From assembly GCA_947476405.1 (NCBI GenBank), contig CANJQG010000004.1, positions 12,085 through 76,084 of the forward strand: a stretch of DNA of 64,000 bases. The letters are read 5' to 3'. The stretch comes from Thiotrichales bacterium (GTDB lineage: Bacteria; Pseudomonadota; Gammaproteobacteria; Francisellales; CACEW01). A program made the translations under genes and the position numbers. The stretch's first letter is position 1; every line of letters starts with the position of its first letter. Below the pieces are notes generated by a model. That model worked only from the letters and a program-made list of their open reading frames with translations, was not told the DNA's origin and did not search any database. Shown here in pieces: positions 1 to 10,590 of the stretch.

Positions 1-228
1 GGCCACTTGATTGACATTCCCGGCATTCGTGAATTTAAACTTCCTAAAAATCAGCAACCCAACTTAGCCCAGGGATTTCGAGATTTCTGGCCCTATCTAG
101 GCCACTGCCGCTATCGCAATTGCAGTCATAAAGACGATCCCGGCTGTGCGATTCTAGCCGCAGTAAAATCTGGACAGATTCAAAAGCAACGCCTCAATAA
201 TTATGAACGGATGCAGAATATAGATTAA
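1..228 (+). CDS. rsgA: Ribosome small-subunit-dependent GTPase RsgA (YjeQ), C-terminal fragment; 5' end is outside the window
   Basis: Frame 1 is open from nt 1. The tail IDIPGIREF...GHCRYRNCSHKDDPGCAILAAV..G.I has the C-x4-C-x-H-x5-C zinc-knuckle typical of the RsgA C-terminus. Confidence 0.8.
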   Translation, partial: GHLIDIPGIREFKLPKNQQPNLAQGFRDFWPYLGHCRYRNCSHKDDPGCAILAAVKSGQIQKQRLNNYERMQNID

Positions 229-250
229 GCACATAAAAGATACACGGCTT

Positions 251-1708
251 TTAATCTAAATCTAATGCTTTTGGAAATGTAGCGCCAGGATGATTTAAGC
301 CAAACTGTTCCAAAAAACTGCAGCGCAAAGCAGAAGATCCAGCGCCCGCGCTCGCTTCATCTATTTCTCTGCTTTTAACGACTTCTAGACGTGCTCTACA
401 GTCCTGAAGCCCTGCCTCAAACGCTGTAAAATAAGCACAATCTTTCTCTTCGCCTGGAGCACTGAATTTTGTTTTCTGTGCGAAAATTAAACTTTCTGCT
501 GAATTGCCAGTCACATTTTCTATGGAAAAACTTACATCTAAATAAAGCAGCTGCTTCAAAACAAAAGCTCGACCTTCCATGCATTTTTTTATATCAATAT
601 CTGTAGGCGCATGACCATAATGATATTCATACACTTCCAGAAACAATCCAGTTACGCCACGCCTCATCGCAACATAATGGGAGGCTCCTCTTTGCTTAAG
701 ATCTTTATAATCAGGATCTACACCACTCAATAAAAGAGTCATCGCTGCTGCCCAGTTTCCTAATGCGCATGCCGCTAAAAATCCTGCTGAACCTGAAAAT
801 GGCCGAATTTTACTTTGTTTTTGACTTAATACAGATAGGCTCGATTGAAATGTTTCAAAAGGCATTTTAGGATCAGAAAACAATCCAATAAGACCAGGAG
901 AGTTATGCTGCATCATTTTTTTGGCAATATTAAATTGCATACAAAAATCTTCTGTTATCTCGTCACGCCTAAGGAGTCCAAAATGACAATCTCTAATTTT
1001 TAATAAAACTTGATGCTCTACCACCCCATAAATTACGGTGGGATTAAGCCAGGGATCATAGACAAAGGAGGACCCGTCTTTAGTACCTATTTCAACCCAG
1101 GCATGACCACCATCAGGCAAGGTGCTGGGGAGTGCGCTTAAGCCCAAATCAGTCAGCGCCCTCGGCTCAACTGCAATAGAACGATCTTTGGTAGGAAGAA
1201 TTTTGACGAGAGCAATGGTAAGATCGTCATTGAAATTTTTTAACAAAACGGATGCAATGGTGGCACGCTGAATGCAGTTTCCTATATGCGTTATTTCTGA
1301 AAGCAATGCATCAAAAATCTGTTTTTGTACTGGCGCCAAAGAGCGCTCAGCAATATGACTGCAAAAAAAAATGGTTTTTTTCATGTAAAAATCAAGGCGC
1401 TGTTCCTTGGGAACATCTAAGTACTCATCACAAGGACGTATACCTTCCCATGACTCTGGATAATAATCCCTTAATGACCCAGCTGGAGAGGCATTAAGTA
1501 GCGATAGTAAGTGAGCGCACAGTCCAGTATGGCGAGATAAGCCACCACCAAACTGAGCCAGAAAACTGTAAAATCTAAACTCAGTAAAATTTAAAGCCTC
1601 TTCGGAAAATATGGATAACATAGTAGGCTTTATTGCATAAGATATCATTCTGCTTACATACTGAAACTGTGGCGTTTTACTGGATTTTACTGGTGATTCA
1701 AAGCTCAA
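251..1708 (-). CDS. Hypothetical protein with a transglutaminase-like Cys/His/Asp core and a possible ankyrin-like repeat; secreted-effector candidate
   Basis: Long uninterrupted ORF of 485 aa. It has GNC(145)IQRATIASVLL, then GGH(202)AWVEIG, then VYD(218)PW, the C...HAW.E...DP pattern of the transglutaminase-like cysteine-protease fold. Residues about 309-351 (GFLAACALGNWAAAMTLLLSGVDPDYKD..G.S..) resemble one ankyrin repeat. An AT-rich promoter region lies upstream. Confidence 0.7.
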   Translation of the reverse strand: MSFESPVKSSKTPQFQYVSRMISYAIKPTMLSIFSEEALNFTEFRFYSFLAQFGGGLSRHTGLCAHLLSLLNASPAGSLRDYYPESWEGIRPCDEYLDVPKEQRLDFYMKKTIFFCSHIAERSLAPVQKQIFDALLSEITHIGNCIQRATIASVLLKNFNDDLTIALVKILPTKDRSIAVEPRALTDLGLSALPSTLPDGGHAWVEIGTKDGSSFVYDPWLNPTVIYGVVEHQVLLKIRDCHFGLLRRDEITEDFCMQFNIAKKMMQHNSPGLIGLFSDPKMPFETFQSSLSVLSQKQSKIRPFSGSAGFLAACALGNWAAAMTLLLSGVDPDYKDLKQRGASHYVAMRRGVTGLFLEVYEYHYGHAPTDIDIKKCMEGRAFVLKQLLYLDVSFSIENVTGNSAESLIFAQKTKFSAPGEEKDCAYFTAFEAGLQDCRARLEVVKSREIDEASAGAGSSALRCSFLEQFGLNHPGATFPKALDLD

Positions 1709-2021
1709 AGATCCTCCCCTAACAAGAAATATTCTAGTTATAATTATTAATATAGAGGAAACATTATATATACATTTATAAAATAAGTCGATATAAATTT
1801 TAATTATATGTCATTTTGAGCGGACTCTCTTTTCATGCAAGGTTTCAAACACTAAAGTAGCGTAGCGGAGAGATCTAAAGAGCGGTTAGTTTGGTTTAAA
1901 CACCAGAACAACGGTACACACTAAAACTAAGCCGCCTAATTTAGTTAGGATCTTGCTTTCAAGCAAGGTCAAAACCTGCTTCGTTGCTAATTGATCTTCA
2001 ACCACTGCAGCCAAAGCCTCT

Positions 2022-2050
2022 GCCTAGCCTAGCCTAGCCTAGCCTAGCCT
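2022..2050. repeat. Pentanucleotide tandem repeat (AGCCT)n: five perfect units plus a partial unit
   Basis: Read directly: gcct agcct agcct agcct agcct agcct. It contains CTAG, and so TAG, on both strands, so it must be non-coding. Confidence 0.95.
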
Positions 2051-2183
2051 TCAGCTTAACGCTGTGAAAATCCCGCACCCATTAATACCTTCGAATATTT
2101 CAACGTATCAAATGTAATCACAGTAATGGTCATTATAGCATGATTTACTCGAAACTCGTATAATGCTGATGGAGGAAACTGAT

Positions 2184-2420
2184 ATGTCTATTCACACTGC
2201 TTTAACATCCCAACCTTATCCAGGCGCTTTAGGCGCGCGGATTTTAGCCGAAATTTCTCAGGAAAAATGGCAGGCATGGCTCGCCCATCAAACGACCTTA
2301 ATCAATGAATATCGCTTTAATTTGATGGATATTTCGGCGCGTACATTTTTGCGAGATGAAATGGAAAAATTTTTGTTTACCGGCGGTGCTGAAAAACCCT
2401 CTGGATTTATTGAAAAATGA
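2184..2420 (+). CDS. yggX: Fe(2+)-trafficking / oxidative-damage protection protein YggX
   Basis: [38 protein letters not shown]...EMEKFLF aligns with E. coli YggX (YPGELGKRIYNEISKEAW..W...QTMLINE..LN). GGAGG lies 7 nt upstream of the ATG at 2184. The track ORF starts at 2163. Confidence 0.85.
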   Translation: MSIHTALTSQPYPGALGARILAEISQEKWQAWLAHQTTLINEYRFNLMDISARTFLRDEMEKFLFTGGAEKPSGFIEK

Positions 2421-3247
2421 CACAAGAAAACGAAATACTCCCACCCGATAGCGAAGAATCCGCAGAAGTGGTTGAAACACCCCTACCCAAAAAAAAGAAA
2501 CACTTCTTACCCTTTCATTTTAGCTGGAAACGCTTTTTCTGTGTCATGGGGTTTTTAATAGGGTTTTTGCTGATTGCTTATACCATGCTATTCTTTTATT
2601 TAGATTATAACAATGCCTTACCGATTAAACAGGTCAAAGTAATCGGAACCTATCAATATGTGAATGAACAAGCCATCCAAAAAACCGTTAATCCTTTTTT
2701 AGCTGGAAAAGGATTATTTTCATTTTCAGAATTTCAAGCTGAAAATGCTTTAAAAAGTCTCCCAGGAGTTGAAAGTGCAAGCCTTTGGCGTATTTATCCA
2801 GGTACAGTACGCATTATCTTACGTGAAAAATCAGCCGCTGCACGCCTACCAAGCGGCGCTTTATTGGCCAGCGATGGCTCGACTTTTGTGATCAATAACC
2901 TAGCCGGCGCCCAAAACCTCCCCTTACTCAATGGAAACGTACAGTATGCAAAGCAAATGCTAGAATTTTCAAATAGCATTACCCCCGTTTTTGCAGAAGA
3001 AAATCTGACTGTAACGGGTTTAAGTCTGGCTGAAAACGGCGGCTGGAGCGTGCAAATCAATCATCAATTTTGGATCACTTTAGGCAAGGATCACCTTCAA
3101 GATCGTGTCGTTGATTTTCTAACCGACTATCCTGTTTTAATAGCCAATACGCCTGCAGGCCAACAACTCAGTACCGTTGATTTACGCTATACGCATGGTT
3201 TTACCGCTTCCTGGCAAAAGACAGTCGTCAGCGCATCCAATAGCTGA
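2417..3247 (+). CDS. ftsQ: Cell division protein FtsQ (POTRA domain), outside a dcw cluster
   Basis: Charged N-terminus, one TM segment ([22 protein letters not shown]), a POTRA-like [18 protein letters not shown]...[24 protein letters not shown], and a C-terminal [13 protein letters not shown]. The ATGA start overlaps the yggX stop. Confidence 0.75.
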   Translation: MTQENEILPPDSEESAEVVETPLPKKKKHFLPFHFSWKRFFCVMGFLIGFLLIAYTMLFFYLDYNNALPIKQVKVIGTYQYVNEQAIQKTVNPFLAGKGLFSFSEFQAENALKSLPGVESASLWRIYPGTVRIILREKSAAARLPSGALLASDGSTFVINNLAGAQNLPLLNGNVQYAKQMLEFSNSITPVFAEENLTVTGLSLAENGGWSVQINHQFWITLGKDHLQDRVVDFLTDYPVLIANTPAGQQLSTVDLRYTHGFTASWQKTVVSASNS

Positions 3248-4383
3248 TCCGCTTGTTTAAACGTATGAAGCGCAGTGGGGGAGATTCGTAAACGTTCCTG
3301 ACCCTTCCGAACCGTGGGATAATTCACCGCTTGCACATAAATATGATGCTCTGAAAACAAACGCTCCGTGATCGCCTGACAACGCAGCGCATCGCCAATT
3401 AAAATCGGGATTATTTGACTGGAGGAGTCTGTCATTGGCAAGCCTGCTTTTTTAAGACCTGATTTGAGATAGCAGACCAATTCAGCGAGATAACGCTGCA
3501 TTTCAGTATGCGTTTTAAGATAGTCCAAGACAAACAGACCGCTCGCACAAATATGGGGTGGCAAGGAAACGGTAAAAATAAAGCCATTTCCCATGAGGCG
3601 AATACTATCCACAATAGCCGCTGAGGCCGTGATATAGCCGCCTAAAAGACCAAACCCTTTGCCCAAAGTCCCCTGAACAATATCAACCTGAGACGATAGC
3701 CCTAATGCTTCAATCAATCCGCCTCCCTGAGGCCCATACACACCCAGTGCATGCACTTCATCCGCATAAGTCAGTGCGTTGTATTTTTTTGCCAAAGAAA
3801 CAATCTCTGCAATGGGGGCAAAATCACCACTCATAGAATAAACAGTTTCAAATACAATGATTTTAGGCTGATTAAGCGGAAAAGAAGCTAATTTTTTTTC
3901 TAAATCTTGAACATGATTATGTTCAAAAATAATGCGCTTCGCATGGCTTTCACGAATGCCTTCGATAATGGACATATGATTTTCAGCATCGGATACATAC
4001 ACTAAATCGGGTAGAATTTTACCCAGTGTTGAAAGAGTCGTTTGATTGGCAACATAGCCAGAAGTAAATAAAAGCGCGGCCTCCTGCTGGTGCAGTTCTG
4101 CGAGGCGGGCTTCAAGCTCCACATGTTTGAAATGGGTCCCCCCAATATTGCGCGTCCCTCCCGCACCCGTTCCATAGCGCTGAATACTAGCGCTCATGGC
4201 TTGTTTGATCTCTGGATTTTGAGTGAGGCCTAGATAATCGACTCCGCACCAGGAAATAATCTCCTTTCCTGCACAGGAAGTTTCAGGAAAGCGAGCATCA
4301 CGATCTAGAGGCCGAAAAATCCGATACCGATTTTCCGCCTTAATGGCATTCAAACTTTGAGCAAAATAGTCTGCATAATTCAT
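3187..4383 (-). CDS. hemA: 5-aminolevulinate synthase (ALAS, C4 haem pathway), PLP-dependent alpha-oxoamine synthase family
   Basis: ENRYRIFRPLDRDARFPE, GTGAGGTRNIGGT, SDAENHMSIIEGIR, VYSMSGDFAPI, ADEVHALGVYG, GTLGKGFG (PLP lysine) and VQAVNYPTVRKGQERLRISP match ALAS signatures rather than BioF/Kbl. The start at ATG 4383 (MNYADYF) aligns with ALAS N-termini. Alternative starts are 4392 and TTG 4419. Confidence 0.75.
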   Translation of the reverse strand: MNYADYFAQSLNAIKAENRYRIFRPLDRDARFPETSCAGKEIISWCGVDYLGLTQNPEIKQAMSASIQRYGTGAGGTRNIGGTHFKHVELEARLAELHQQEAALLFTSGYVANQTTLSTLGKILPDLVYVSDAENHMSIIEGIRESHAKRIIFEHNHVQDLEKKLASFPLNQPKIIVFETVYSMSGDFAPIAEIVSLAKKYNALTYADEVHALGVYGPQGGGLIEALGLSSQVDIVQGTLGKGFGLLGGYITASAAIVDSIRLMGNGFIFTVSLPPHICASGLFVLDYLKTHTEMQRYLAELVCYLKSGLKKAGLPMTDSSSQIIPILIGDALRCQAITERLFSEHHIYVQAVNYPTVRKGQERLRISPTALHTFKQADQLLDALTTVFCQEAVKPCV

Positions 4384-4452
4384 GCCTGGCATTATCCTGG
4401 ATATGCGAGGCAGGATCAAGTAAAATGAGTCAAATGCCGTGCTGGATCAACA

Positions 4453-4899
4453 ATGACGATGCCTGTTTTCCATGATGTACCGATTTCCTGCATTAATCAG
4501 GCAGCTGAAACCTATGCAATCCCTGCAGAATTGATTATGGCCATTATTTTTGTTGAAGGCGGACGCAACGGGATTGCAATGGCCAACAACAATGGCACCT
4601 TCGATTATGGGGTCATGCAAATTAATAGCACCTGGCTGGAACGCGCCAGACAGAAAGGCGCCAGCGCATATGACCTCCAATACGATGCCTGTCAAAATGT
4701 CATGATTGGCACTTGGATTCTCAGTCAAAATCTCCAAATGGAACCCAATCTCATTAAGGCTGTCGGCAATTATCATTCGCACACGCCCGCCCTCAATTAC
4801 AATTATGCCAAGCAGGTTTTATTTATTTATGGCAAAATTCGAAAAATTCTCGCACCCGGCGTTAGCAAAAACTGCGATAAACTTGGAAAAATATGTTAA
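4453..4899 (+). CDS. Lytic transglycosylase, SLT domain (IagB/VirB1-like), with no recognisable signal peptide
   Basis: AIIFVEGGRNGIAMANNNGTFDYGVMQINSTW is the catalytic Glu plus N.NG..DYG.MQIN motif of family-1 SLT enzymes. An in-frame TGA at 4426-4428 rules out a longer N-terminus. Confidence 0.7.
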   Translation: MTMPVFHDVPISCINQAAETYAIPAELIMAIIFVEGGRNGIAMANNNGTFDYGVMQINSTWLERARQKGASAYDLQYDACQNVMIGTWILSQNLQMEPNLIKAVGNYHSHTPALNYNYAKQVLFIYGKIRKILAPGVSKNCDKLGKIC

Positions 4900-6962
4900 T
4901 GCACCGTCTTCAACACATCATTGCGACACACGCTCAGGCTCTTTAGCATGGTTAATAAATGGATAATTTTAATTGAATCGAGAAAAGGCAAGCGATCTCC
5001 TGCTAAAAATCGTTGACGTAATTGATCTTGATAAGCCCTTAGGTCTTCAATCAGTGCGCTCAAACTCATGGCACTTTGATTAAAAGACAGCGCGCGCTTA
5101 GTCAATTCAATAATGAGAGGATCTTTCTCTCTCAAATTAATCGCCTGTAAAGATAAAACAATTCCCGCCAAAAGATGATAATCCCGATACCATAAAGTGA
5201 CGAGCGCCTGCATTCTTTTACCAAAAAGAGGAGCACGCCAATGAAATCCTGAAAACGATTTGATTTGTTGACGCAAAGCATTCAACTCGCTCCTTAAAAA
5301 CAAATGAGGCTGATCGATAGACTGAATCAGCAAGGATTGAATGACCGCCCGATACCAGTCCAACTGGGCTTGATAATGCTGCGCCACTTTTTTATCCGAA
5401 AACGGCCAAATCCAGCTAATGAAAATAAATAAAAATAAAGCGCCACCTAAGGCAATCAGCAATAACTGCACTGCATTTTTTGCACTTTCCAGTGGACCCA
5501 AGCCTTCCATAATATTTGTAAAAAATAAATAGGCGGAGAACAAGCCTGACAGATTAAGACGATCAGGCGCATACTTAATATAAGCCAAAATAAAACTAAA
5601 GCCCGCAACCGCAAGCAAATAGGGCAGAAGATGGGTAAAATTAAAGAGCATAAAGACGAGTGCAGCACCCGTCCCAATCAGACAACCTGTCACAATTTGT
5701 AAAATTCGGGCACGACTGACCGTTAAATCAAATTGGAGAGACAGTGCGGTCACCAGACTTAAAATGACAACCCCGCTCAAATCTAAGTGAATCGCAATAA
5801 AGGGGAGGAGCACAACTAACAAAGCTACTTTAAATGCATATTCCCAATAAATACGATCAAAAATAAAAAAATGACCCAACTCTGTTTTAAAGGGCAGCCG
5901 GGTGGGCTGCACACACATTTCCTGATTAAAATTCTGCATCAGAATCAAAAATTCCTCTTGCCGCACTAAAAACTGATTCCACTCCATAATCGCTTCTGCA
6001 GCAAAGTCAGCCGCATGATGTTCACGAAACAGGGCGGCTTCACGCATTAACTGGGAAAAATTTTCTTGCCATCCTAAAAATGAAGGGGAACGCCCCTGAA
6101 TCAATCCCTCAAAAGTCTCCGTAATGGCTTTTTGTAATGCATCAAGCGGGAGCGAAAAATGGCGAAAAATTTGATCTGCCCGATGATGATACTGCACATA
6201 TAAATTTAACATCATTTCCTGAGCGATAAATGCAATTTCCCCTAAAGTCCAACGATTTTTTTTTGGAATAAACCGCTGTAAAGCCATTTGTATTTCAGCC
6301 AACTGAAGCATCTCTGTCATTTTGACTTTGAAATGAGGGTCTTTCCGATTCAATCGATACAAATCAAAGCAGGCATTTTGAAGCGCCGAAAGTTTTTTGA
6401 AAAGTTCAATATTATTCGTATTCAAGCGGATGGCAGCGGACGGACTTTGAAATAAAAGCGTAATGAGCAATGCACATAAACTACCAATCGTGACTTCCAA
6501 ACCGCGATAATACGCAGTTTCAGTAACGATAGGTGAGGAAATTAATCCCGGGCTGCTAAACAAAACTAATAAAAAAGTAATGGGCCCATATAACCACACA
6601 AACGGAGCCTGACTTTTTGCTGAAAAATATAAACAAATCGTCAAGGCGATAATCGATATGCTCAATAATAAAGGCGTAGGTGTATTCAAAACCCCAAGCA
6701 AAACCCATGCAGAAGTGACCCCCAACAGCGTCGCTAAAATGCGCTCCAACGTATGGCGAATCGTTGCACCGCGAGAAACCTGCACCACTGCAAAAGCCGT
6801 CCACGCAGCCCAAGTAGGATTGTGAATTTTAAATAACCAAGCCATCCACAAAGCCAATAAAGCTGCAAGACTTGCTTTTAAGGAAAAGAGCGTGCGCTCA
6901 GACTTCCAGGACATCTGCTTTAAACCAGCTATCCAACTAGAAAATAAGGTCCACTGATGCAT
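4896..6962 (-). CDS. FUSC-family (fusaric-acid-resistance / YccS / AaeB-like) inner-membrane protein
   Basis: Two multi-TM blocks flank a central cytoplasmic helical region, about 690 aa, which is the typical FUSC architecture. The start is set at ATG 6962 (MHQWTLF...). The 56 codons upstream in the track ORF would overlap the divergent gene. Confidence 0.6.
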   Translation of the reverse strand: MHQWTLFSSWIAGLKQMSWKSERTLFSLKASLAALLALWMAWLFKIHNPTWAAWTAFAVVQVSRGATIRHTLERILATLLGVTSAWVLLGVLNTPTPLLLSISIIALTICLYFSAKSQAPFVWLYGPITFLLVLFSSPGLISSPIVTETAYYRGLEVTIGSLCALLITLLFQSPSAAIRLNTNNIELFKKLSALQNACFDLYRLNRKDPHFKVKMTEMLQLAEIQMALQRFIPKKNRWTLGEIAFIAQEMMLNLYVQYHHRADQIFRHFSLPLDALQKAITETFEGLIQGRSPSFLGWQENFSQLMREAALFREHHAADFAAEAIMEWNQFLVRQEEFLILMQNFNQEMCVQPTRLPFKTELGHFFIFDRIYWEYAFKVALLVVLLPFIAIHLDLSGVVILSLVTALSLQFDLTVSRARILQIVTGCLIGTGAALVFMLFNFTHLLPYLLAVAGFSFILAYIKYAPDRLNLSGLFSAYLFFTNIMEGLGPLESAKNAVQLLLIALGGALFLFIFISWIWPFSDKKVAQHYQAQLDWYRAVIQSLLIQSIDQPHLFLRSELNALRQQIKSFSGFHWRAPLFGKRMQALVTLWYRDYHLLAGIVLSLQAINLREKDPLIIELTKRALSFNQSAMSLSALIEDLRAYQDQLRQRFLAGDRLPFLDSIKIIHLLTMLKSLSVCRNDVLKTVH

Positions 6963-7105
6963 GCATCTCTCTTTAATAAAAATTTCATTCCACAAGCGTA
7001 TCAGAAAAACCGGCTGAGAGAGAAGAAGAGGAGAATACACAGCTTGAATTTGAAACACATTTCCGATTAAATGAACACATGATCTGAATCGGAGAATACA
7101 AAGGC

Positions 7106-8008
7106 GTGAAAGTATTAATTGCAGGGGCAACGGGCTTTATTGGAAAAGCGCTGGCACGTGCATTTATTTTGCGTGGGGATCAAGTGATTGTTTTAGGTCG
7201 CTCCAAAGCAAAAATGAAATTTGTATTTGAAGAACCCATCACACTTTGGACTTGGATCGACCTTGAAACGCATTCTGAGCCCATTGATCTCATTGTCAAT
7301 CTATCGGGTGAAAATATCGGCGGATGGTGGAGCAAAAAGAAAAAAGAAAAAATCCTAAACAGCCGCCTGGCTGCGATTAAAAGACTCATTGCCTATTGCA
7401 ATCGCCAAAAAGAAACTTCAGAAAAAAGCCCACGCCTCCTACAAGCAAGCGGTATCGGTATCTATGGCATACGCGGGGATCGTGTTTATGACGAAAACAG
7501 CCCCCTACCGGAAGACCCTGATTTTTTAACTGAAGTGGCCCGAAGTGTTGAAAATTCAGCCTCTGACGCTGCAAGTGACAAAGTTCCCCTCCTGATCATG
7601 CGTTTTGGCGTGGTCTTAAACGCCAATGGCGGAATGCTGGAACAACTCTTCCCCCTCTATAAATACGGTTTTGGCACTATTTTTGGCACCGGAAAACAGT
7701 TTTTAAGCTGGATCAGTCGCACCGATCTCATCAAAGCCATTCTCTTTCTCAGCGACCACCCGGATTTGAATGGATCCATCAATCTCGTCGCGAAGGAACC
7801 CATTACGCAGCGTGCTTTTTCAAAAGCCTATGCTAAGTACCTCAACCGCCCACTTTGGCTCCGTTTTCCAGAATTCATGGTTAAAATTCTGCTCGGTGAA
7901 ATGGGTGAAACTTTACTTCTAGGGAGTCAAAAAGTGATTCCAACACGTCTACTTGAAGCAGGCTTTGATTTTGAATATCCTAATCTCAATTATTATTTTT
8001 CAAAATGA
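7106..8008 (+). CDS. NAD-dependent epimerase-family protein, YfcH/TIGR01777-like (SDR with C-terminal DUF1731-like region)
   Basis: N-terminal Rossmann motif KVLIAGATGFIGKAL, length 300 aa, C-terminal ...PTRLLEAGFDFEYPNL typical of the YfcH family. GTG start. Confidence 0.65.
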   Translation: MKVLIAGATGFIGKALARAFILRGDQVIVLGRSKAKMKFVFEEPITLWTWIDLETHSEPIDLIVNLSGENIGGWWSKKKKEKILNSRLAAIKRLIAYCNRQKETSEKSPRLLQASGIGIYGIRGDRVYDENSPLPEDPDFLTEVARSVENSASDAASDKVPLLIMRFGVVLNANGGMLEQLFPLYKYGFGTIFGTGKQFLSWISRTDLIKAILFLSDHPDLNGSINLVAKEPITQRAFSKAYAKYLNRPLWLRFPEFMVKILLGEMGETLLLGSQKVIPTRLLEAGFDFEYPNLNYYFSK

Positions 8009-8084
8009 AAAAATCCTCTGATAATTGTCTTGCCAAATCAACTGAAAATCTATATACTTCAAGCGCAAAATAGGCGGCGCGTGC

Positions 8085-9235
<1,151 letters not shown>

Positions 9236-9244
9236 CCCCTTTAA

Positions 9245-9577
<333 letters not shown>

Positions 9578-9579
9578 AC

Positions 9580-10056
9580 ATGGATATTAACGCCACTTTA
9601 TTTGGCCAAATGATTACCTTCATCATTTTTGTTTTATTCACGATGAAGTATATTTGGCCGCCCCTCATGAAAGTCCTGGAAGAGCGTCGCCACAAGATTG
9701 CCGAAGGGCTGGCTGCTGCGGAAAAAGGTCATCATGACCTCGAACTCGCCGCACGCAAAATCAAGCAATTAATTCTAGATGCCAAAGCAGAAGCCTCTTT
9801 GATCGTTGATCACGCCAATCAACGCGCACATCAAATTGAAGAAGAAGCGCGCACTGAAGCCTTAGAAATCATTGCACGCATGAAAAAAGTCGGCGAATCT
9901 GAAATCTCCGCCGAGCGCGATACCCTGCGTGAACAACTGAAACAAGAAGCCATCGATTGGGCGTTTCAATGCACTGAGAAATTGCTGCACAAAAATATTG
10001 ATCGCGCAGCCAATGAGGGCTTGATTCATCAGATGCAGGAAGCGCTTCATTCATGA
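9580..10056 (+). CDS. atpF: F0F1 ATP synthase subunit b
   Basis: Single N-terminal TM followed by a long charged helix; position in the operon. Confidence 0.85.
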   Translation: MDINATLFGQMITFIIFVLFTMKYIWPPLMKVLEERRHKIAEGLAAAEKGHHDLELAARKIKQLILDAKAEASLIVDHANQRAHQIEEEARTEALEIIARMKKVGESEISAERDTLREQLKQEAIDWAFQCTEKLLHKNIDRAANEGLIHQMQEALHS

Positions 10057-10586
10057 AAAACGATACCCTTGCCCGACCTTATGCCAAAGCAGCCTACCTC
10101 TACGCAAAAGAGCAAGGCACGGTTGAGCTTTGGTTTCAGTTTTTAGGAAAATTGGGATTAGTATTTGCAGATCATACGATGCAAAATCTGCTCCAAAATC
10201 CGCAGTTGCCTAAAGAAACGCTGCTGGCCATTATCACCGAAAATATGAGCCCTTCACCCGATCAGGGCATGCAAAATTTTCTCAAGGAGTTGACCCATCA
10301 ACAACGCCTAGCGGTTTTGCCTGAAATGGTGGAGCTTTTTGCAGAAGATTGGCAAATGGATCGTCATGTTAAAGAGTTTACAGTCAGTTCTGCAACAGCA
10401 CTCTCCACAGCACAAATTACTGAACTCGAACAAAATTTAACTGCACAATTCAAACAGCCTGTTTTTTTGACCCTGAAAATCGATGAAAGTCTCATGGGTG
10501 GCATGATGATTCAAAGTGGCGATTATGTGGTGGATGGCTCATTGAAAGGCCAATTAAATCGGCTTAAATATTCATTAAGGAAGTAA
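10053..10586 (+). CDS. atpH: F0F1 ATP synthase subunit delta (OSCP)
   Basis: [10 protein letters not shown]-terminus, 177 aa, ATGA overlap with atpF, operon position. Confidence 0.85.
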   Translation: MKNDTLARPYAKAAYLYAKEQGTVELWFQFLGKLGLVFADHTMQNLLQNPQLPKETLLAIITENMSPSPDQGMQNFLKELTHQQRLAVLPEMVELFAEDWQMDRHVKEFTVSSATALSTAQITELEQNLTAQFKQPVFLTLKIDESLMGGMMIQSGDYVVDGSLKGQLNRLKYSLRK

Positions 10587-10590
10587 AAAG

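Noticed and set aside
2022-2050. Whether the AGCCT repeat could be a CRISPR array or a coding repeat.
   Set aside because: The unit is only 5 nt with no spacers. TAG stops occur in every frame on both strands.
4447-4966. Track ORFs 4447-4782 (minus) and 4706-4966 (plus), overlapping the lytic transglycosylase gene.
   Set aside because: The SLT frame carries a clear catalytic motif. The alternatives have none and overlap it almost completely.
6963-7130. A 56-codon N-terminal extension of the FUSC-family ORF (track start 7130). Similar upstream extensions occur at 31846 (waaC), 33538 (mdh), 37670 (cyoA), 43184 (Rieske), 51142 (small membrane ORF) and 52928 (tyrA).
   Set aside because: The extensions overlap neighbouring genes or divergent promoter regions. 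Internal ATGs with better Shine-Dalgarno context, or ATGA coupling, give N-termini that match family norms.
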